IMG/VR virus record: IMGVR_UViG_3300050821_009780
Span: 64,001 to 128,000 of that record
Reading direction: 5' to 3' (one strand)
Length of the DNA: 64,000 nucleotides
Origin: a virus
Shown here: positions 54,136 to 62,271 of the stretch, one piece after another
Layout of the letters: the number at the start of each line of letters is the position of its first letter
How positions within the stretch are numbered: position 1 is the first letter of the stretch
Translations under genes and position numbers: made by a program
Notes under the pieces: generated by a model
Databases searched by the model: none
What the model was told of the DNA's origin: nothing
What the model saw: only the letters and a program-made list of their open reading frames with translations

Positions 54136-56694
54136 CTACAGCTCCAGCCCGGCACCGAGCGCGGTCAGGTCCACCGACGCCTCATCGTAGCGGACCACGG
54201 CCCCGCCGCAGATCACGGACAGGTCGGCCTGGTCGGCCGGGGCCACCCCGCAGGTGCCAGTCATGATGACCCGCTCGCCGTCCGGGAGCACCAGCACCAG
54301 CGTGTTCGGACCTGTCCTGACGCGGCAGTAGCGGACCAGCTCCGGCACCGCTTCCTGCGGCATGCGCCCGGTCAGCTCCACAATCACCGTACGGGGCACC
54401 GGGTGCCCGTGCTCGCTCTCATACTCCTCGCGAGCGGGCGGCAGCGCATCATGCCCGTGCTCGTTCTCGTACTCCTGTGCCTGCCGGGTCCCAGCGTAAT
54501 CCGGTTCCTCCCGCCTGCTCCTTATCTCCGCCAGGGCGGGCAGCACCGGGGCGGGGGCCACATCGTCCTCGTCCTCCTCGGACAGGTCGATGTCGGTTTC
54601 CGGCTTCACGGCCCCGGCGGCGAAGCGGTACCGGCTGTCCGGGCCCTTCTCCAGGGTGCGGACCGACCCCCAGCGCCGCCCGGCGTGCCACTCGGCGAGC
54701 ATGGGCGGCCAGCCGGGGACGGGGAAGATGATCGCGGGCTCCAGCACCGCGATCACGTCGTTGAAGTCCACGTCGTTGCGGACGTACCACTCCAGGGCGT
54801 CGTGGATGTTCATGACGAGCCGGACCTTGTCCTTCAGCCCGGCCTTGCGCAGCGCGGCCTCGGAGCGGACCATGGCGATTTTCATGTAGTCGCCGGTGGC
54901 GGACCCCTGCACCGGGGCGTTGCCGGCGGTGCGCTGCGCATCGCGGCGCTTGCGGCGGTCTGTGCTGTCGATGTCCCAGATGCGGACCTGGCGCCCCCAC
55001 CAGGTGGTGACGTACCCGGTGTCGTACGCGGTCTTGATGCACTCCTCGGTGAACGCCTTGATCTTCGGGTAGGCGGCGTGGAAAGCGGCGAACAGGTCGG
55101 CCGCCTCGGCCCGGCTGATGCCGAGCCGGTCGGCGAGGCCATCTTCGGACAGCCCGTAGACCATGGCCAGGCCGAGCGTCTTGCCGACGTCGCGCTGATC
55201 GGGGGTGACCTCCTCGACCGGGACGGCGAACACCAGCGACGCGGTGACCGAGTGCACGTCCACGTTGTGCTCGAAGGCGTAGAACATCTTCTGCTCGTGC
55301 GCCATGCCGGCGACCGCGCGCAGCTCCGCCTGGGCCAGGTCGTAGCCGAGCTGGTACCAGCCCGGCGGCGCCCCGATCATGTCCCGGAAGTTGAACTTGA
55401 ACTCATCACCGTCGCGCAGCGTGTAGAAGTACTTCTTGGGCGACTGCTGGTAGTTCGGATCGTTGCAGGCAAACCGGCCGGCCGGGACGCCGTGCTGCAT
55501 GAGCGAGGCGTGCACCCGGCCGTCTTCGGCGTAGCCGTAGGCGTCCTCGAACTTGACCAGGAAGTCGCGGTACAGCTTGGTGAGCTTCTTCCACTTCAGG
55601 AAGCTGGCGACCTCGGGGTAGGTCTTAGACAGTCCCTTGAGCGCGACCTTCGCATCTGTGCCCTGCTGCGGCCCGGTAGTCTTCCCGCCCTTGGTCCAGT
55701 GAGTGCACGGCATGCCGCAGTCCTCGTACAGCAGCTTGCGAAGCTGGACCGGGGAGCCGAAGTTGAACGTGGGCAGCAGCGCCTCGCCTCGCAGCGCCCC
55801 GAAGTCCTCGCGGACCTCCTCCATGTAGCGGTCGGCGAAGTCCTTCGCCTTCCGGCCCCACTCGCGCATGCCGTTGAAGTCGTACCAGATGCCCTCGTCC
55901 TCCATCTCGCAGACGACGGGCAGCACGGCCATTTCCAGCTTCCAGATGAACCCCTGGCCCTTGGCCTGGCTCTCGGCGAGCATCTGCTGCAGCCGCGGGT
56001 AGCGGAGCCGGTGGTGGGCCAGCGCGTAGACGGTGTCCTCGCAGGTGTAGCGGACCACCTTGGGGTCGCGCGGGTCCAGCACGTTGAACCGGATCTGCTT
56101 CCGCTGCTTGGCGGTGAGCTTGTCCGGGTACAGCTCCGCCAGCTCCAGCTGCTTGTGCCAGAAGCCGCTGGTGTCGCGGGCCTCCTGCTCCTCGGTCAGC
56201 TCCTTGAGGCCGTGGAGACGGCTGCCGGCCAGGGCGTAGGACTCCAGCATGGTGTCGGAGCGGAGCCGGAACTGCTGGTAGTCCAGGTCGGTGCCGAGCT
56301 GCTCGTTGAACCAGCGGCGCAGCACCCGCAGGTCGAACTTGCCGCCGTGGAAGGTCATGAGCGGCTGCCCGGACTCGCTGCGCGCCTGGGTGAACAGCGG
56401 GTAGAGCAGCTCAGCTACGCCGCGCGGGTCGAGATTGGGTCCGACATCGTGCCCGACGGGGACGTACCGGGACCACTTCAGCGAGTTGGTGAAGGAGACC
56501 CCGGCGATGAAGTTCTCCTCCGGGTGCAGCGACGCCTTATCGCGCGAGTCCCCCAGGTATCCGGTCTCGATGTCGCCGCTGCACGCACGCCCATCGGGCT
56601 TAGCGGGGTCGGTGCACTCGACGGTGACCCGGGCGACGTACTCCCTCAGCTCGTCCAGGCTGCCGATGAGATCGTAACTAGGCTGGAAGGCCAC
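54136..56694 (-). CDS. polA: Family A DNA polymerase with 3'-5' exonuclease and an extra C-terminal domain
   Basis: ExoI DIET, ExoII KFDL, ExoIII YTCED; NFGSPVQL, GRFACNDPNYQQ, motif A DLAQAELR, motif B RDVGKTLGLAMVYG, motif C IHDA. Confidence 0.93.
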   Translation of the reverse strand: MAFQPSYDLIGSLDELREYVARVTVECTDPAKPDGRACSGDIETGYLGDSRDKASLHPEENFIAGVSFTNSLKWSRYVPVGHDVGPNLDPRGVAELLYPLFTQARSESGQPLMTFHGGKFDLRVLRRWFNEQLGTDLDYQQFRLRSDTMLESYALAGSRLHGLKELTEEQEARDTSGFWHKQLELAELYPDKLTAKQRKQIRFNVLDPRDPKVVRYTCEDTVYALAHHRLRYPRLQQMLAESQAKGQGFIWKLEMAVLPVVCEMEDEGIWYDFNGMREWGRKAKDFADRYMEEVREDFGALRGEALLPTFNFGSPVQLRKLLYEDCGMPCTHWTKGGKTTGPQQGTDAKVALKGLSKTYPEVASFLKWKKLTKLYRDFLVKFEDAYGYAEDGRVHASLMQHGVPAGRFACNDPNYQQSPKKYFYTLRDGDEFKFNFRDMIGAPPGWYQLGYDLAQAELRAVAGMAHEQKMFYAFEHNVDVHSVTASLVFAVPVEEVTPDQRDVGKTLGLAMVYGLSEDGLADRLGISRAEAADLFAAFHAAYPKIKAFTEECIKTAYDTGYVTTWWGRQVRIWDIDSTDRRKRRDAQRTAGNAPVQGSATGDYMKIAMVRSEAALRKAGLKDKVRLVMNIHDALEWYVRNDVDFNDVIAVLEPAIIFPVPGWPPMLAEWHAGRRWGSVRTLEKGPDSRYRFAAGAVKPETDIDLSEEDEDDVAPAPVLPALAEIRSRREEPDYAGTRQAQEYENEHGHDALPPAREEYESEHGHPVPRTVIVELTGRMPQEAVPELVRYCRVRTGPNTLVLVLPDGERVIMTGTCGVAPADQADLSVICGGAVVRYDEASVDLTALGAGLEL

Positions 56695-56697
56695 TGC

Positions 56698-56874
56698 TCA
56701 CGCACCTTCCAGGGCCTCGTCTATCTGGCGCTTCAGGTCGGTGAGCGACGGCCCCTCGAACCACGTGTCGCCGCTCTCCGACACGGCGCAGTACAGCTGC
56801 CCGGAAGCGGTCGGCCGCCCGTACCAGAGGGTGTAGCCGTGGTGCCGCTCGACCGGGACGGGCTGGGAGTTCAC
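56698..56874 (-). CDS. Small hypothetical protein (58 aa, not in ORF track)
   Basis: VNSQPVPVERHHGYTLWYG...LTDLKRQIDEALEGA. Confidence 0.5.
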   Translation of the reverse strand: MNSQPVPVERHHGYTLWYGRPTASGQLYCAVSESGDTWFEGPSLTDLKRQIDEALEGA

Positions 56875-57093
56875 CTACGCAGCCCGGTTGTACCGCGACC
56901 CGGCGAGCGCCTGGCGTGCCTCTTCCCTGGTCGGGAAGCGGAACGCTCCCTGGCGGAACGGGGCGAAGTTCCACTCGTGCATGACCCGGGCGAACTCGCC
57001 CAGGAACTCGTCCTCGGTGACATCCGGGGCGGCGAGCACGACCTCCAGCTCCACATCCAGCCCGGCTATCACGTCCAGTTCAGCTGCCGTCAT
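56875..57093 (-). CDS. Hypothetical protein
   Basis: MTAAELDV..., GGGAG RBS. Confidence 0.5.
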   Translation of the reverse strand: MTAAELDVIAGLDVELEVVLAAPDVTEDEFLGEFARVMHEWNFAPFRQGAFRFPTREEARQALAGSRYNRAA

Positions 57094-57307
57094 CTCCCAC
57101 CCTCCGGTGACTCGCCTGCACAGAACCGGCTCGTTCATCAAGCCGGTCCAGCCTGTCCCGCAGCTGCACAAGCTGCTCCGGGGTAAGAAGTTTCATCGCC
57201 TCCTGGGCGACCCGCTTGGCAGCAGCCAGCCGGTGCTCCGCCTGCATCCGGGCAAAAGCCTCTTCCGCCAGGCTGAGCGCGGCCTCTGCCATCATTTCGT
57301 CCGCCAC
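57080..57307 (-). CDS. Hypothetical helical protein
   Basis: 75-aa ORF. Confidence 0.5.
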   Translation of the reverse strand: MADEMMAEAALSLAEEAFARMQAEHRLAAAKRVAQEAMKLLTPEQLVQLRDRLDRLDERAGSVQASHRRVGDDGS

Positions 57308-57314
57308 CCTCCTA

Positions 57315-58235
57315 TTACGCCCAGAGAGCGGCGACCGCCTCCAGGATTCCGTCCCGGGCCCCGGACTTCCAGGCGGACTCGGCCAGAGCGAGGACCTCCC
57401 GGCAGCGGGCCGTCCTGCGCGGGGTGTAGGCGGCAGCGTACGGCCGGAGCAGCCGCACCGAGTACGCGTCTATCTTCAGCCGGATGGCGGCGTCCTGCGC
57501 GCTCACGCCCTTGCGGGCGGCATCGCTGAGCACGGACAGCACGGTCAGCCGGGACGACAGCAGGGCGAGCACCTGGCCGGCCTGGTCCGGGGGGGTAAAT
57601 GCGGCAGCCGCCATGGCGGCCTTCACGTTGCCGGCCACCATCAGGTCGGCGAACTCGTACCGGGCGGCGGGCGGGCACACCAGGTCCAGCGCGGGCACCT
57701 CCGGAGGCAGGTCGGCGAACCCGGCCTTCAGGGCGGCGTGCCGGGCGGCGGCGATATCTCCCGCGCACCGCTCCAGCAGGGCGGCCCCGAAGTTGCGCCC
57801 GGCGCCAGGCCACCAGGAGGCGGCGAGCTGCGCCTGCCCCTCCGGGTCCTTCGGGACGGTGCAGCGGACCAGCTGGCCGTGCCGGGAGTCGCGCAGGGCG
57901 GCCAGCGACGGGGCGAGGACGGACCGCGGCCTGTCCGGCTTCTCGCTGCGCTCCTCGGTGCGCGGGAAGTCGTCGTCAGCGGAGACGAACACGGTGAACG
58001 CGCGGTCGAACTCGTCGGCCAGCAGCAGCGGCAGCCGGTCCAGGTGGCCGAGCTTCTCCGCTCCCCATACGGTAACCAGCCTCGGGCCGGACGGGACGGC
58101 CAGCAGGATATCCCACGGGTTGCTCTCAGGCCACAGGTTCCACCGGCTGGCTCCGGGCAGCGCCTCGGCGTAGGCGGCGGTGACATCATGGCGCAGCACC
58201 GGCTCCGGCCCGCACACCCAGGCGACCCGGGTCAC
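57315..58235 (-). CDS. holA: DNA polymerase III delta subunit (HolA-like)
   Basis: AWVCGPEPVLR N-terminal strand, RLVTVWGAEK, ALLERCAGDI, EFADLMVAGN, LALAESAWKSG: HolA architecture; start codon uncertain. Confidence 0.6.
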   Translation of the reverse strand: MTRVAWVCGPEPVLRHDVTAAYAEALPGASRWNLWPESNPWDILLAVPSGPRLVTVWGAEKLGHLDRLPLLLADEFDRAFTVFVSADDDFPRTEERSEKPDRPRSVLAPSLAALRDSRHGQLVRCTVPKDPEGQAQLAASWWPGAGRNFGAALLERCAGDIAAARHAALKAGFADLPPEVPALDLVCPPAARYEFADLMVAGNVKAAMAAAAFTPPDQAGQVLALLSSRLTVLSVLSDAARKGVSAQDAAIRLKIDAYSVRLLRPYAAAYTPRRTARCREVLALAESAWKSGARDGILEAVAALWA

Positions 58236-58273
58236 CGGCTTCTTGCGCGCCCACTGGCTGTAAGTGCCGACGG

Positions 58274-58681
58274 CTAGCTCCCCGGCTTCAGGGAGAAACC
58301 GGTCTCGGCGGCCAGCTGGCGAATCATAGAGGGAGTGAACGACGCACCCAGGCCGAGCTGCGCCTTGCGGCCCTGCTCGCCGGCGGCCTGCTGCTGCTCT
58401 GCTACCTGCTGCTCGAAGGAGATGCGGGCCTGGATCGCCCACAGCTGGCCCGGCGGCCCGAATGCCTCGGCGACCGACTGGATAAGGCTGTCGAGCCGGG
58501 CGCTGAGCACCGTGCCAGGGTCGAACTGGATGCCCCGGCGGGCCAGCTCGGCAAACCCGGCCTTGTTCTGCTCGACGAGCCCGTTCAGGTGCTGCTGCAT
58601 CTGCGCGGCCTGCTGAGCCAGCTGCTGCTCCTGGGTCAATGCCTGCCCGTTCGGCTGCCCGAACCCGTTGGTCCCTGCCAT
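58274..58681 (-). CDS. Gln-rich hypothetical protein
   Basis: 135 aa, between the holB- and holA-like genes. Confidence 0.6.
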   Translation of the reverse strand: MAGTNGFGQPNGQALTQEQQLAQQAAQMQQHLNGLVEQNKAGFAELARRGIQFDPGTVLSARLDSLIQSVAEAFGPPGQLWAIQARISFEQQVAEQQQAAGEQGRKAQLGLGASFTPSMIRQLAAETGFSLKPGS

Positions 58682-59473
58682 TTACCTTTCCTCCCTGAAC
58701 GCGCTGGACAGCGCAACCGACGAAGCATTCCTCGCACCCTCGTACCGCCCCAGGGCGCGCAGCACCCGGCGGGCCTGGTCGCTGGTCACGCCGGGGGCGA
58801 ACCCGGCGGAGAACCGCACCCACCGGGCGGAGGCGGCCTCTTCCGCCCAGGCGCGCAGCACCCCGGCGTGGGCCGGGGTCCAGAAGCGGAGCGCCAGCTC
58901 CAGCACCGCGCCATCGCCGTCCTGCGCGGCACGCAGGGCTGCGGCGACCACCGAACGAAGCCTGCCGCCATCACTGTCCCGGGCTGCCTCCAGGGCCGGA
59001 GCGACCCGGCCGCGGCCGAGCGGGGCGCACCGCAGCGCCTCGCTGCGACCGCAGTGCTGCTCCAGCACCTCGGCGACCTGCGCATCGGTGAGCAGGCTGA
59101 CCCGGTACACCACGGCCCGGGAGACGACGGTGGGCAGCGGCGGGCGGGACGCGGTAAGCAGGAACCGGATGTGCGGCGGCGGATCCTCCAGCACCTTGAG
59201 CAGAATGTTCTGCGCGGCCTCGGTGGTTCCGTCCAGCCCGATGATCACTGCGATGCTCCCGCCCTGCGGGCGCTGGCGCGGGACCAGCCCGACAATTTCC
59301 CGGGCGAGCGCGGCAGAGGGGCCGTCGTAGCCGTAGGAGGTCATGCGGTGGTGCCGGGCGGCATGCTGGGCCAGCTCGGTCTTGCCGACCGAGGACGGGC
59401 CGAGCAGCAGGGTGACCGGAAGCAGATCGCGCTCCAGCTCAGCCCGCAGCGCCTCGTGACCGACGAGCCTCAC
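58682..59473 (-). CDS. holB: DNA polymerase III delta-prime subunit (HolB-like)
   Basis: LVGHE, LLLGPSSVGK, AQNILLKVLEDPP, FLLTA, LPTVVSR. Confidence 0.75.
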   Translation of the reverse strand: MRLVGHEALRAELERDLLPVTLLLGPSSVGKTELAQHAARHHRMTSYGYDGPSAALAREIVGLVPRQRPQGGSIAVIIGLDGTTEAAQNILLKVLEDPPPHIRFLLTASRPPLPTVVSRAVVYRVSLLTDAQVAEVLEQHCGRSEALRCAPLGRGRVAPALEAARDSDGGRLRSVVAAALRAAQDGDGAVLELALRFWTPAHAGVLRAWAEEAASARWVRFSAGFAPGVTSDQARRVLRALGRYEGARNASSVALSSAFREER

Positions 59474-59673
59474 GGAGATACTGCCTCCACTGCCGCGCGG
59501 ACAGCGCGCCGGTGACGCGAGCTGCCTGCACCGCGCCCGTAATCCCAGGATTCGTACACTTCCCGCCGCAACGGCCCGGGCACCTGCTTCCAGTGTGCCG
59601 GGCACATGAGCCTGACGACATCAACCTGCACCGTGCAATCAGGTCCCGGGCACGTATGAGGGGTCCTGGGCAT
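59470..59673 (-). CDS. Small Zn-binding phage protein
   Basis: HTCPGPDC...LMCPAHW. Confidence 0.6.
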   Translation of the reverse strand: MPRTPHTCPGPDCTVQVDVVRLMCPAHWKQVPGPLRREVYESWDYGRGAGSSRHRRAVRAAVEAVSP

Positions 59674-59687
59674 GGGCTTTACCTCCC

Positions 59688-59858
59688 CTACGGACGGTTA
59701 GCGGGTCCCCATGGCGACCAGGTCCAAAGTCCGCCAAGGGCCACAAGGGCAAGGACGACGAACACGAGGGCGATGAGGTGCTGAACCGAGATGGTCTTGT
59801 CCACCCACGCGAGGATGGCACCGATGAGCGCTATGACGAACGCGATAAGACTGAGCAT
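59688..59858 (-). CDS. Two-TM 56-aa membrane protein (holin-like; not in ORF track)
   Basis: MLSLIAFVIALIGAILAWVDKTISVQHLIALVFVVLALVALGGLWTWSPWGPANRP. Confidence 0.6.
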   Translation of the reverse strand: MLSLIAFVIALIGAILAWVDKTISVQHLIALVFVVLALVALGGLWTWSPWGPANRP

Positions 59859-59872
59859 GACGGGATCTCTTT

Positions 59873-60994
59873 CTATGGCTCCGTGTACAGGCGGCGCACG
59901 GCAGCGAGCACGGTATCTACGGCTGCGGCGTCCAGGCCCTTAACGTGCCAGAGTTCGGCCTCCAGCAGCTCCTCACGGGTGAGATCGGGTTCCGGAGCTG
60001 CCGGGGCAGGCAGATACCCCTTCTTCCGGTCCACGCCCTCCAGGACAGAGCCCTCGTACTTCCAGCCGGGCGCAGCCTCGGCGAGCATCCGCTCCAGCCG
60101 GTGGATGACGGCGCGCTTGACATGGTCGGCGGGCTTCTTGTGCGTCTGCTGGTCCATCCCGCACTCCGGGTACAGCTCGCGCTCGGCCCTGGAGAACGAG
60201 TGGTACCAGCCCTTGGGGGCCTCCAGCTGGAGACGGTGGGCGGCCAGCGGGCGGTGCACGTGGTTGCCCTTGGCATCCCTGAGCAGCTCGACGGCCTCGC
60301 GCACCTCGGCAGCGGTCAGCTCCACGCCCTCGACGTTGAACTTCTCCTGCGCAGGAGCGGCCATCCCGTCGCGCACCGCCTGCCCCAGCTCGCGCATGGC
60401 CCGGCCGGCCTGGTTCCGGCTGAGGCCGAGGCGGCTCAGCGGCGGAACGGCACCATCTTCCTTCAGGTGCCCGGCGATCTCGCTGAACAGCGAGAAGAGA
60501 CTGACCGGGCCGTCCCAGTCGTCCGGCACGGTCGCCAGGTAGTCCCTCATCCGGCCGACGAACTGATCGTCGGCCAGCGACGGGTAGTCATCCCAGCTCT
60601 CGCCACCGAACAGCTCCACCCAGCGGGAGCCGCCCTCGCCGGCGACCGTATCGCACAGCAGCAGCTCGCGCCCGGAACGCCGGGAGACCTGCTCGCGCTT
60701 GCCTCGCATGTACAGCGCCACCTTGCCGGACAGGAACGCCCGCCAGGAGACGCGCTGCCCGGTCTTGGCACTGACGAACGAGGAGTCGTACTGCCGGAGG
60801 GCGTTGCGGCCCTCGGCGTTCACCGCGACCAGGAGCCGCTCCATTATGTCGGCAGCGGCGTCCTCCGCATCCTGGGTGTTGCCCCCAGCGCCCAGCAGCT
60901 TCCGCGCCAGGCCCTGAACGTACGCACCATCCTGCCGGAAAAACTCGTCCGCATCTGCGGGCGCGGCATACTTGCCGAAATCACCCATCCCCAT
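59873..60994 (-). CDS. Sigma70/ECF-like sigma factor with an atypical C-terminal domain
   Basis: FFRQDGAYVQGLARKLLG...QDAEDAAADIMERL...YD...SWRAFLSG resembles ECF region 2; weak HTH LGLSRNQAGRAM. Confidence 0.6.
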   Translation of the reverse strand: MGMGDFGKYAAPADADEFFRQDGAYVQGLARKLLGAGGNTQDAEDAAADIMERLLVAVNAEGRNALRQYDSSFVSAKTGQRVSWRAFLSGKVALYMRGKREQVSRRSGRELLLCDTVAGEGGSRWVELFGGESWDDYPSLADDQFVGRMRDYLATVPDDWDGPVSLFSLFSEIAGHLKEDGAVPPLSRLGLSRNQAGRAMRELGQAVRDGMAAPAQEKFNVEGVELTAAEVREAVELLRDAKGNHVHRPLAAHRLQLEAPKGWYHSFSRAERELYPECGMDQQTHKKPADHVKRAVIHRLERMLAEAAPGWKYEGSVLEGVDRKKGYLPAPAAPEPDLTREELLEAELWHVKGLDAAAVDTVLAAVRRLYTEP

Positions 60995-61038
60995 TTACTC
61001 CCACCACCGCGATGAGGGCTGAAACTCACCTGGGTCAG

Positions 61039-61067
61039 ACCCTAGTCCTCGACTTGGCTGAAGTCAA
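61039..61067 (-). promoter_or_regulatory. Promoter with palindromic spacer (copy 6), upstream of the sigma-like gene
   Basis: TTGACT-tcagccaagtcgaggac(17)-TAGGGT. Confidence 0.8.
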
Positions 61068-61071
61068 GCCT

Positions 61072-61254
61072 TCAGGAGGACGCGTGCCCGGAGCCGGCGT
61101 CACCATCGGAAACGTGGCGGATCACGCCGAAGTACTGGCTGAACGCCTGCGGTGCCCGGGTCCGAGCACACGACTCGCACTGGCCCCCGTCCCACGCCCC
61201 CGGCAGGTAAAACAGCGTCGTCCCCTTCGAGCGGCAGCTGGCGCACTCGTTCAC
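61072..61254 (-). CDS. Small Zn-finger protein
   Basis: CASC...CESC. Confidence 0.5.
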   Translation of the reverse strand: MNECASCRSKGTTLFYLPGAWDGGQCESCARTRAPQAFSQYFGVIRHVSDGDAGSGHASS

Positions 61255-61532
61255 CGGAGGACCGCACCGCTCTTGCGAGCCTTGCGCAGCGTAACCACGC
61301 CGACCGCGATCTGGGAGCCGGGGATGTCAGTGCTGTCGGCGGCCACCTCCTGCAGCAGCATGCCGCTGGCCCCGCGGGCCGACGACAGCGGGGAGTGGAA
61401 CTTGCCGCCCTCGATGGTGAACCCGCCCTGCAGGAACCGGACCGTGGCCGGGCCGTCGGTCACCGTGCCGGTCTTCTCCGTGGCGACCCGCCACTTCCGG
61501 GTGGCGAAGTACTCATCCCAGCTGCCGTCCAC
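61251..61532 (-). CDS. Hypothetical protein
   Basis: 93 aa, GGAGG RBS. Confidence 0.55.
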   Translation of the reverse strand: MDGSWDEYFATRKWRVATEKTGTVTDGPATVRFLQGGFTIEGGKFHSPLSSARGASGMLLQEVAADSTDIPGSQIAVGVVTLRKARKSGAVLR

Positions 61533-61734
61533 GCTTATCCTCCAGGTAACTGTCGTCGTACACCAGCGTCACCCACGGCTCGTCGGTGTACATCCCCGGC
61601 GGGCTGTGCAGGTTGCAGTGGTCGCGGTGCCTGGTGCCGCACCCTCCGGCCGCACAGGTGCAACCGGGAAACCAGTGACCGACGTGCGGTACCTGCGCTG
61701 CGCAGTGAACGCACTGCACCTCGGGCTTAGTCAT
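61513..61734 (-). CDS. Cys/His-rich hypothetical protein
   Basis: MTKPEVQCVHC...CTC...HRDHC. Confidence 0.5.
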   Translation of the reverse strand: MTKPEVQCVHCAAQVPHVGHWFPGCTCAAGGCGTRHRDHCNLHSPPGMYTDEPWVTLVYDDSYLEDKRGRQLG

Positions 61735-61990
61735 CCAGGAAATCCCTCGTGGCGAACCGCGTTGCCATGGCCGCCCTGCGGGTGTCGGTATCGGCGACGG
61801 TCTGCTCGTGCGCGGCGGTCTTCGCGGCGGGCTTGCCGTGCTCCAGCCAGCTCGCGTACTCGTCAGCCGGGCTGAAGATGCTGTCCGGATCGGCTCGGTA
61901 AGCGGCGGCAAAGTTCGGGCAGCTCACCTGGTGCGCCTCGACCAGCCCGGCGGGCGCGGTGTACCCGCAGACGCAGCGCCCGGTGCACAC
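61727..61990 (-). CDS. C2HC Zn-finger protein
   Basis: CVCG...HQVSC. Confidence 0.55.
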   Translation of the reverse strand: MCTGRCVCGYTAPAGLVEAHQVSCPNFAAAYRADPDSIFSPADEYASWLEHGKPAAKTAAHEQTVADTDTRRAAMATRFATRDFLDD

Positions 61991-62271
61991 TACGGCCCCA
62001 GCTCCTCGCGCCGCTCGTCCACGTGCCAGCAGTGCTCGTGGTTGACGTAGCCGGGGCAGTCGCAGGAGATACGCCCATCCCCGTGGTGCAGCTGGGTGTA
62101 GAAGGTACCCGGCCGGGAGGCGGACTCGAACCTGCCGAGGCTGACCGCACCGAACGGCACCCGACGGCTGGCACTGCGGTAATCCTGTGCAGCCTCCTGC
62201 ATGAACTCGCGGACGTCGCGGGCCGGGTTCGCCTCAGGGTGCCACCAGCCGGGGCCGTAACGGGCTCTCAC
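61990..62271 (-). CDS. SWIM Zn-finger protein
   Basis: SCDCPG...HCWHV (CxCxnCxH). Confidence 0.7.
   Translation of the reverse strand: MRARYGPGWWHPEANPARDVREFMQEAAQDYRSASRRVPFGAVSLGRFESASRPGTFYTQLHHGDGRISCDCPGYVNHEHCWHVDERREELGP

Noticed and set aside
5548-57186. Very long plus-strand ORFs (e.g. 5548-8847, 14674-18513, 20677-22872, 54028-57186)
   Set aside because: They mirror minus-strand genes with clear motifs; stop-poor antisense frames are expected at this GC content and the translations carry no recognisable motifs.
58236-58823. 502-aa version of the HolA-like ORF starting at 58823
   Set aside because: The upstream part overlaps two better-supported genes in other frames and is Arg/Gly/Pro-rich noise; the true start is probably GTG 58235, though a non-canonical start near 58271 cannot be excluded.
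10-61067. Dispersed GACTTGGCT...GTCAAG repeats as CRISPR repeats or att sites
   Set aside because: Copies are isolated, all in the same orientation and each has a correctly spaced -10 box; no integrase in the window. Treated as promoters/operators.
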